A stretch of DNA of 64,000 nt, taken from positions 30,086,628-30,150,627 of the forward strand of contig OZ037767.1 in assembly GCA_964035545.1 (NCBI GenBank). The letters are read 5' to 3'. Under the pieces are notes generated by a model that saw only the letters and a list, made by a program, of their open reading frames with translations, was not told the DNA's origin and ran no database searches. A program made the position numbers and the translations under genes. Source of the DNA: Bugula neritina (taxonomy: Eukaryota > Animalia > Bryozoa). Shown one piece after another: positions 14,701 to 23,920 of the stretch (position 1 is its first letter; every line of letters starts with the position of its first letter).

Positions 14701-17645
14701 AAATTACGGTGTAAAGAAGGGACAGGATGCAGAGAATTGTGGGGCTTTGAAAATAGCAGTTGAGAGAAATATGGGTAACCATCTTAGAGAATAATCTGGG
14801 GGGGGGGTAGCAAAAGTAAACTCTAGTTGACAGCTATTCCAATAAAACTATATTGTAGTAAGCTAAACACCTTAACAAACTAAACATGACTGCCAAATAG
14901 TTCACCCATTTACATATTAGTTACACATAGTAAAATCAGGCTGCAGGGTTGAATGATTTCACTGATGCATTGCCTTGTCATTTCAGTAAACTAAATCTAT
15001 TATTAGGTTCAATGACTTGCCTGTTTGGTTAACTAACTACTACTAGTAACTAGTAACTTTCAACTAGTAACTCTTAAAGTATGGGTTAGACTGAGTGCCT
15101 CTCACTGATGACAACTTGTTTATATGAACTTGCAGTCATGTGAGTTGAATAACTATGTACTAGTCAAATGCTATTCTCAAGCATGAAATAGCTATTGTAA
15201 TTTAGCAATGCACTTAAATTGAGTCTGAATCACCACCTGTCCCCATTCAGTGTGGTGTTAGCTAACTAAAACAGGGAAACTAACCTATGCCAGGGAAAGT
15301 GGGGCAAGCATGTCATTCACATGAAACCTGTCAATATTATTATCAGCTATTCTACTAGATTCTAGAGCAGACACACAACACAGTATAGAGTTTGGTACTT
15401 GTAGAACAAATTAGTTAATGAATGCAGATATATAGTCTACTAGAATAACACATGTAAAGAAAAATTAAATAGACAACATCTAATAACATCAAGCAATACC
15501 AATAGTCAAAGTTACAGCAACATAACGATGCTAGAGTTACAGTGTGATAGTCATAGTGATGAAAGTGATTAGATAGATAGCCATAGTCATAGGGATGGGA
15601 AATCATAGTCATAGCCATGGTGATAGTTATAGTGACAGTCATAGTGATAGTCATAGTCATAGTGACAGTCATGGTGACAAGTGACTGACTCACCTGAACC
15701 GGAGGCTGGTCAGAATCACCTTCACCTCCTATCTGTGATTCTGTTGTGTTACTTTTCTTTATAGCCTGAACATTCCTAAATTTGGCAGCAAAATGTAAGG
15801 CTGTCTGCCTGTCATCCCCAGGATGATTAACACCTATAAAAGAACACTGAGGCTGAACCAAATCAGTACAGAGGGGCCAGCCAACATCATATAATACTAT
15901 TTATTATTAGTGTATTATATTGTTTATTACCATTATTTCGCTATCAACAGTAAATTATATCATTTAATAGTTGGTATGTAAAACTATTGGCAATTCTATC
16001 TAGCTGTCTCATATACTAGAAGGATCCGATGAAACTTGATGTTGAATAAATAGTATTATCAAATAGCACAATACATAGTAATTAGTTATTAGCAATCTGA
16101 ATATCAACCAGCTTATAATGTTTATATAGCACTTTATACTATACACAACAGCAGTAGGCTGTTTTAATATGCTGCATGAAAATGAAAGTCAGTTTATTAA
16201 AGATTCACTAATAACCCTAATGAGACCAGCATGATAGTACTACTTAGTACAACTAAGACTGACTAATATAGCCTAGTTTTGTTATCAAGAAACTAGAGAC
16301 TGGTTGGAGGTAAATGCTGCTATAGAACTGATCAGTTTGAGGTGAAAACCCTGCCTAGAGTAACACAGAGAAACATCAAATATTTAGAACTTTTAGGCAA
16401 ATAACTCAGTTTCAGCTTATCACTTGTAAATTGCTTTCTCAGCCTATATTGAAGAAACTAACAGTTCTCAACCTACTAGTATAACTTTTCATATAAACAG
16501 AGGAATTTGAGTTGAACTCAAGTTCAGTTTTTGAAAGAGTTTCTAGGGCATACTCAAAAGTCATCATTTTGAAATGTTAAAAATTAGAAATAAATCAGTC
16601 TGCAACTGATTAACCAACTATTACTTGGAGCTGAATGTATACTGTTACAGAACAGTGGAGTTAAATGCCTATCACAGTGATATTTCAACATTACAACAGT
16701 TACTACAGAAAGAGGGGGGGAGGGTTGAACAGTCACTCACTGGCTCCATTCTTCACAAGTATCTCTGCTATCTTGAAATGATTATATCTGGCAGCATAAT
16801 GCAGGGGAGTCATCTTATTGTCATCCCATTTGTTGATCATTCGTTTAACTCTGTCACCGAGGTGTGTGAGTAGAATCAGCAGACTTTCTTCATCTCCATC
16901 TCTAGCACACTGTAGACAGTATACAATATGTTACATATTCAGAGCAATGTAGAAATCTAGTACACTGTAAACAGTATATAATATGTTAGTACCATGATCG
17001 TGCTAAATTAAAAAAAACTGTTGAATTTATTACACCTCAAAGCATTAGACTTTCACAGTATTCCCAGATAATTGATATATTCAATAATCAAAAAATAAAT
17101 GCAATAAACACCTGGTGGAGGGTGGAGGTGAGAGCATCATTCTGTTCTGGTCTCTCATCTTGTCTGGGAGGAAGATCAGACATGGCAATGAGGTTCGGCT
17201 CAGGTGGGTCTGCCATATTTGAATATTCTGGTAGAGAATGTAGCCGTTCCCTGGAAGCAGAAGTAGAGTCAGACGTAGCGTAAACTTTGGATGACCTTCC
17301 TACCATAACATCAGCATCCTCAATGGATACGAAATATGTAGGCGTTCCAGGAGCTACAAAATCCACTTCAGTGTCATTGGCCTTTGAGGTGCCACTAGGA
17401 GGTAGTTGAGCTATCGAGGACGGCTGTTCAACTGGAGTCAGACAACGTTCTACGTCTTTGGGTAGAGATACTAAGAGTCCGGAGGGAGGGTGACTTTCAC
17501 CAGTTAGCTTGTGTGATAGAGTGTTAGTTGTGGCTGAGTCACCAGCGCAGTGAGTATTGGAGTTAGAAGCACCAGTTAAATCTAAGTCTACTTCAGAAGG
17601 AGAGTGGATAGAAGCCACTTTGTTGCTGACTGCCTTTACACCAAG
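774..17645 (-). CDS. TRPA1: TRPA1-like transient receptor potential channel (~17 ankyrin repeats, 6 TM, C-terminal coiled coil); multi-exon, start codon uncertain
   Basis: Approximate spliced exons: 17645-17112, 16909-16741, 15833-15694, 14681-14601, 13368-13261, 12811-12614, 12174-11955, 11678-11585, 11393-11199, 11097-10914, 10771-10664, 10347-10237, 8573-8449, 8125-7877, 7236-7113, 6505-6340, 6208-6106, 5810-5641, 5265-5069, 4721-4599, 4085-3885, 3415-3238, 2861-2793, 2104-1913, 1287-1177, 869-774 (TAG). 17 TPLH-type ankyrin motifs. TRPA hallmarks: TPMRKLIRKMP, LLAHPLTTSLLRHKW, ENILEW, FLAWMELILIIRKLPRFGIYVVMF, pore KTAIMMIGEFEF, IIIMNLLVGLAVDDI, AVLTRMAMQVEL. Confidence 0.93.
2107..2221. 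repeat. Degenerate ~26-bp tandem repeat starting at a TRPA1 splice acceptor
   Basis: Unit TACAGCAAACAACATCGCTGCCAAAA, ~4.5 copies. The first copy carries the acceptor (minus TTTGCTGTAG|GTT). Confidence 0.75.
2926..3195. repeat. 26-bp minisatellite (~10 copies) containing a copy of the neighbouring exon/donor junction
   Basis: Unit AAGTAACTTACGAGTAAGTAGCTACT; its 15-mer AACTTACGAGTAAGT is identical to the junction at 3231-3245. Confidence 0.95.
3570..3670 (+). mobile_element. Degenerate copy of the tRNA-derived SINE
   Basis: GTCATGGGTTCAAGTC...GGTTATTGATGATGTCAGAAAACGCATTTAGATCATAATT aligns by eye to the SINE at 52117-52340 (GTCATGGGTTCAAACC...GGCCATTGGTGATGTTAGGAAGAGCATCCAGTCATAATT). Confidence 0.7.
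4873..4982. repeat. 110-bp near-perfect palindrome (55-bp arms, no spacer, 2 mismatches)
   Basis: Left arm GATGATTATAAACATTCTAAGACAAAATAATTACTAAATAAGAAGAAAATACTTA is the reverse complement of 4928-4982 except at 2 positions. Confidence 0.93.
6611..6800. repeat. 14-bp tandem repeat (TCTGGTTACAGTA-type), ~13 copies
   Basis: Direct inspection; lies in a TRPA1 intron. Confidence 0.95.
7725..7885. repeat. 42-bp tandem repeat (~4 copies) containing exon end plus splice donor
   Basis: Each unit on minus reads GTCATAA|GTAAGT (or GTGAGT), the same as the real donor at 7876. Confidence 0.92.
8336..8404 (+). mobile_element. 3' fragment of the same SINE family
   Basis: AAAGTCCTTAGCCC...AACAAAACC...AGGGGTTTATCACAGAGATAGTGAC matches the SINE 3' part AAAGTCCTTAGCCC...AACAAAAACC...AGGGGTTTCTCACAGGGATAGCGAC. 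Confidence 0.72.
11700..11783. repeat. (AT)n microsatellite next to a TRPA1 acceptor
   Basis: Direct inspection. Confidence 0.95.
13425..13556. repeat. 20-bp tandem repeat (ACCTACCACGTACTACCTAC), ~6 copies
   Basis: Direct inspection; ~55 bp from the acceptor of the 13368-13261 exon. Confidence 0.93.
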
Positions 17646-18599
17646 CTAAAACTATGCATAGAAAGATTGATGACATTGCAATGTTGAGTGCCACTAGTCC
17701 AAACACAGAACTGTGCAAAAGTTAGATGCTGCAGTATGGTAAGGATAGACTAGATAATTAATTAGACTGTAATAAAATAATGTTAGTGAAGAATGAAAGC
17801 AGTTATCCAGTGTTAGCCAGCTGCTGAAGTAGTTATAGTATATTGAAAAATTATTTTATGGTATTTATGAGCATGCTTATAATTACAGTCTATAAAATAT
17901 TTTTAAACCCGAAACCTTAATTTCAAGCTACATGCAGTTCATAAAATTATTTAGCGAGACCATTACAATGACAATGTCTCAACTTCACTATGAGCATAGT
18001 TGAAGAAACATAATTAAAATTAATATTCTTAAGATTAAAACCCACTGCAGCTTGCCAAAACAGTAGCAAAAACAACAACTCTTAACACATCTACATGAAT
18101 CTAAAGAAAATGTACTACTAAAAGTAAAAGCAATAATTATATAAATTATTAAACTTAATAAAATAATATAAATATAATAATAATATAATTATAAACATTA
18201 AAGTTTAAACAGTGGACTAAGTCTAACAGTAACACTATCACTATGACATTGACTATTGCTATTACTAGTCAATGTAATAGTATCACACATTATAATTAAT
18301 ATTATGATTATGATAATTGTAATGGATATTATTAAGTTTGAATATGACTATGAGTATGAGTATTAGATTTGGCGTCAGTATGAGTATCAGTATGAGTATG
18401 GCTATAACAATCACAATGATTTCAACTTCAACTGTTCAAGCTCTGGCTCATGAAATTGAATCGGTGTGACTAATTAAAGTTGATGTATTACTTATCTATC
18501 ATTGAGTTCAACAAAAAATTGAACTGGAAGATTAATGACAATGACTGAGTCTGACTCACAATTTGCAATTGTTGTTCACGCTAGGAGTTGGCCAATACT

Positions 18600-19150
18600 A
18601 TAACTATAAGTATATTATTATTTCACCGTAGTGAAAATGCAAGTAGGATGCTTCAAAATAGTTTCGGTATAAACTGCGCCACGCCCGCAAATAAGGACTT
18701 GCTGAGCATTTTCAGATTTGTCCAATGTTTTTCTTAACAATTATTGTCTTATTCCGCGGCTATAACTCAAATCGCCGAACTATTCCAACAAAAAATAACG
18801 TAACTTTAGTTTTAATATTTCAATGGGCGGAACAATGCAGCGCATCGGCCAGTTGCCTAGCATTCTAAACTCTTCGAAGAAACTAGGGGCTTGTTTGTTA
18901 AGTTAGCTTCAGCAAGTCCAGTTCCATCCTTACTATGTAGTTTCCGCCTAATTTCGTCGACACTTACCAGAGTAATGTTCACATTTATATTATTATAATT
19001 TTTATTATATTTAGCCTTTTGCGCTGTAATAATGTTATGCTTATGCAGTATTATGGAGGGGATTTGCATTGAAATTAGGAATGTGCTATAAATATATAAT
19101 TTAAATTACCTTTATAGGTCACGATCTTTGACTTTAGTTTAGTTTTACTT
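18600..19150. promoter_or_regulatory. Probable divergent promoter / 5' exon region shared by TRPA1-like (minus) and DHDDS (plus)
   Basis: CpG-enriched island between head-to-head genes. Both genes have an acceptor upstream of their first identified coding exon (17646 minus, 20068 plus). Donor-like CTG|GTAAGT on minus at ~18967. Confidence 0.5.
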
Positions 19151-20091
19151 TTAGGTAAACTAAAACTAAAAAATTAAACTAAAATACATTTTGAAATAGT
19201 TTTCTTATTCTAAGCTAGTCAACATTTATTTTTAATTAACATGGAATTGGATTGAAAAGACAAACAAAATTCAATCTTAAAGTAAAAGTTTGAGTAACCA
19301 GTCGCAATGTGATATTCATATATCATTATGATTACAATAAATATAATTTAAATTATTAGTATTACTATTCATTTATAATTATTGTATATGATTCATATTG
19401 ATATTTGTATTCAATATTGTAATTTTGTATGCTCTTCCATTTTCAGTAAGTACACTTATAAAAAATGAATTGAATTTTAGTTATACAATTACGCTTACAA
19501 TACTAAGGCTGTACAGTGTACACTGTACAGTCACAGTGAATGTGACTGTCACTGTGAAGTGTGGAGTGTTAATATCAATATTACTATTATTATCATTAAG
19601 ATTATGAGTAACTCACTAACTGTGAGACCAAGTGCAACCTCTGTATCACTGCGCTACTAGTCCAATTATTATTGCTAGTTTAAGTTTATGCTAAATGTCA
19701 GGATTAATACTAATGATATAAACATATGGTATGCCTCCTAGGTATTATTATCATAATCGTGTATGACGATAGACATTCTACAAGATGAAGGTTTTTTTTT
19801 AAATTTATAATGACTTCTAGTTGTCTGCAAAAAGATTTCAGTTAGCTTTTATTTACTCATAGGCTTTAACCTTTAAGTTTAGGCCGAGCCTATTGGTTTC
19901 TTGTCTTCGATAAAATTAGAAATAAGTATAGCTCTACTACTTACTTTCACTATTTCTCACTTGTATACTAAGTGCATACTTCATACTTACTAATACTCTT
20001 TCACTATCTCTCACTAGTATACTAAGTGTATACTACTCACTAATATTCTCAAATTAAATTTTGTGCAGGGCGATTAATATCAAAGCTAGTG

Positions 20092-22635
20092 ATGGATCTA
20101 ACTGAAACGCAAATACGACAGGAAACATCGGAATGGTTTCATGAAAACAGTAGACCCAATTGGTTTCACCGGCAGATTATTTCTGTTTTAAAGTGTGGTA
20201 GGATACCAAAGCATATTGCCATCATAATGGATGGAAATAGAAGATTTGCTAAGCAAAAGTATATAGCGCGTCAACAAGGTCACATGAAAGGATTTGACAA
20301 ACTTACTGAGGTATAGTGTTTAAGTAGTTATCTCCTCCGTCATATTTTGTGAGTTGTTAGGCTTTCAATCTTGCATTTAAATTGATGTGCTCATTATGCT
20401 TTTTTGGTTATATATATAACTTTATGCCAAATAAGCTTTGCATGCTTTTTGAAGGATTTTTAAGGGTAAATTTTGAGACTACTTTTTTAAATTCAAAATT
20501 AGGCTTTATTTTTTATTCTCTTTGTAGACTTTAGAATGGTGCTTAGATATTGGGATCAACGAGGTAACTGTGTATGCTTTCAGTATAGAAAACTTCAAGA
20601 GATCTAAAGAAGAAGTTGATGGTTTAATGCAGTTGCTCAAAGTAAAATTGGAAGACCTTATTGCTGATAGGTTAGATTTATATTAAGTTGATGTTACGTA
20701 CAATAGCATATGATATATTATAATAGTATATGATATATTATAATAGTGTATGATATAATACAATATAGTATATGATGTATTATAATAGTGTATGATATAA
20801 TACAATATAGTATATGATGTATTATAATAGTGTATGATATAATACAATATAGTATATGATGTATTATAATAGTGTATGATATAATACAATATAGTATATG
20901 ATGTATTATAATGTTCTATTTTTATTTAAAAATGTTAAATCACTGGTTTTTTTTCATAATTTTCAAAATATAATATTTTTTACTGCCAGAAGTGTGTGTG
21001 AAGTATGTCTTTGGAGTTGTCTAATCAAATTGTATCCACAATAGTTTTCTAAGGTTTTGGTTCATTCGAATGTTTGAAGTTTTCAATAATATGTTTTGGA
21101 TGATTGTATAGGAAAAAGATTGAAGAGAACGGTGTTTGTGTCAGGGCCTTGGGTAACATATCCCTTTTACCTCCTCATATTCAGAAATTAGTGGCCGAAG
21201 TTGAAAACTTGACTTCTGGTTTTAACAGGTGACCATCTTATGTTTAATGATTTACGTTTCATAAAACTTAAATCTCAATATTCTTCTGAGGCTCATCCCT
21301 GTGCTTTGATTTCTAGTAATAAACTTTTACCAAATAAAGTTGTAAAATGTTAAAGATTGTTTCATCCTCAACACGCAGGACTAGCAATGTTCTTGCAAGT
21401 CAAAGTTTGTTTTAATGTGTGCTGTAGGTCTTTTCTAAATATATGTTTGGCCTATACATCCAGAGAAGAAATGACATCATCAATTAAACTTATCGCAGAA
21501 GGTTTGGCAGAAGGTAAACTGGAAGACAGGTGAGTACATGAGAGAGGTATTCCTACCATTTTCTATCTAGTTGAGTTATTTGCTGTGCTTTATATATAGT
21601 GATTATGTTGATATGTCTCAGTTGTGTATCGAAATCTAAATTTATCTTTTGTCTTCATTTGGGTTTCTGTTGCACTTTATGAAAAACATGTTTCATACTC
21701 CAATATAGGTGGCCACGTTGAAATAAATATGGCAACTGTATTTTAAAATGGTATCCTCACAAATATGGGACTTTGTACTGGACTGAAGTATATTTAAAGA
21801 CCTTCATGTATTTTATATAAACTAAAACTACATACGAGTTTCCAATGAGGGCCACCCAATATGCACCTAATATACTTAACAGTGTATTCTAGTTACAACT
21901 TACAGAAGCAAGTCTGTGCTATCAGCTGTATTCTCTCCACATGAATGTTGCACCTCTGAACATCTTTGAATGACTGCTTACACTGTTTCAGTGATGTGGA
22001 CTCTAAACTCATAGAGTCATGTCTCTATAGTAACTCTTGTCAGCCTTTGGACCTGCTACTACGCACCTCCGGTGAGGTACGCCTCTCAGACTTCCTCCTT
22101 TGGCAGAGCTCCTACGCTCTGCTCTCATTCGTCAACGTCTTGTGGCCAGAGTTCAGCAGATGGGATTTATATGCTGCTGTTTTGTTTTATCAGAGACATC
22201 AAGGACAGTTAGAGGTCAGTGATACATATCTGCGTCTTATTGTAAAAATATATATCCAGCATGTGATAGCATTGAAACATATGAAATACATTTATGTATA
22301 TCTTTATTTTGTCATGCAAACTATTGTTTTAATTTTGCAAACTTTCGAACAAGTGCGGATTTGTTTCCCTTCACTGAAGTTGTTTTCTCATAATTACTTA
22401 TTGACTATAACTTAATGCTATTCTAAAGCAGGGTTTCACTTTACTTATTTGAATGTAGTAGGAGTTGCATGCTCTCTGTTCTGATGTTTAGGATATCAAA
22501 AGAGCTCATGAAAGTAAAGATACGTCAGTAGAGAGTGAGCTCACTGATGATGGAGCACTTAGAAAGGAAATATTTCTTGAAGAAGTCAATAAAAAGAGAA
22601 GGCATCAAATAGAAAACTTGATTTCAATTAAGTAA
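20092..22635 (+). CDS. DHDDS: Dehydrodolichyl diphosphate synthase (cis-prenyltransferase catalytic subunit)
   Basis: Exons ~20092-20310, 20528-20670, 21112-21228, 21428-21529, 21992-22213, 22492-22635 (TAA). Motifs [67 protein letters not shown]. Confidence 0.95.
20700..20912. repeat. 42-bp AT-rich tandem repeat (~5 copies) in DHDDS intron
   Basis: Unit TATGATGTATTATAATAGTGTATGATATAATACAATATAGTA, ~30 bp after the donor. Confidence 0.9.
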
Positions 22636-23140
22636 TTAAGTAATTGCTGTTTTTGCCTTTGTTTATTTCTGGTTCATATGATTGCTTTAGTCTATACTTT
22701 GTTACAAATTCTATGGTTTATTTATGTCCTGCTGTTAACACAGGAATTAAAGGTTTCCAACAAAAAGTATAGTTGTATTTAAAAATTTCTTTTTATGAAT
22801 TTTGCACATGAAAATGTACTCAAATTATTTATATTCAACTATATACACACTTGCTTATGAATATATTATACACAAAATAAAAAAATATTTTGATATAAAA
22901 CAATCATACAAATGTAAATAAAAAATATACAATATTGTGTTGCTATACCAACTTTACTATTACTTATTCTAAATGTTATGTACACAACAAGAGCAACTTT
23001 CAGTGAAAACTGTATTATTAGCACACGCCCCCTCCCACAAAGTTCCCCTGTGACACACGTAGTACTTAGCTGGATCACAAGGGTTTGCAAGGAACTTGTT
23101 CTGTGTGCTGGGCAGACAGGCTGGTATGCATTGAGACAGT

Positions 23141-23920
23141 GTTTGAGTAGAAGCAGGTAATATTGTCGTATTGCTGGGAGGTCTGGTGGTGGGTGCAGGT
23201 GTTTGAGTAGAAGCAGGTGATATTGTCGTACTGCTGGGAGGTCTGGTGGTGAGTGGAGGTGTTTGAGTAGAAGCAGGTGATATTGTCGTATTGCTGGGAG
23301 GTCTGGTGGTGGGTGCAGGTGTTTGAGTAGAAGCAGGTGATATTGTCGTATTGCTGGGAGGTCTGGTGGTGGGTGCAGGTGTTTGAGTAGAAGCAGGTAA
23401 TATTGTCGTACTGCTGGGAGGTCTGGTGGTGGGTGAAGGTGTTTGAGTAGAAGCAGGTGATATTGTCGTATTGCTGGGAGGTCTGGTGGTGGGTGGAGGT
23501 GTTTGAGTAGAAGCAGGAAATATTGTTGTATTGCCTGAAGTTCTGGTGGTGGGTGGAGGTGTTTGAGTAGAAGCAGGTGATATTCTCGTATTGCTGGGAA
23601 GTCTGGTAGTGGGTGAAGGTGTTTGAGTAGAAGCAGGTGATATTGTCGTACTGCTGGGAGGTCTGGTGGTGGGTGGAGGTGTTTGAGTAGAAGCAGGTGA
23701 TATTGTCGTACTGCTGGGAGGTCTGGTGGTGGGTGGAGGTGTTTGAGTAGAAGCAGGTGATATTGTCGTATTGCTGGGAGGTATGGTGGTGAGTGGAGGT
23801 GTTTGAGTAGAAGCAGGTGATATTGTCGTATTGCTGGGAGGTATGGTGGTGAGTGGAGGTGTTTGAGTAGAAGCAGGTGATATTGTTGTATTGCTTGAAG
23901 TTCTGGTGGTGGGTAGAGGT
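23141..23920 (-). repeat. Coding 60-bp tandem repeat x13 (TTRPPSNTTISPASTQTPPP-type)
   Basis: Perfect 60-bp periodicity, read in frame in ORF 22969..24069. Confidence 0.96.

Noticed and set aside
15415-15693. MTVTMT-repeat extension of the ORF at 15415..15861
   Set aside because: Read-through past the CAG|GTGAGT donor into an intronic (ATAGTC)n-like tract.
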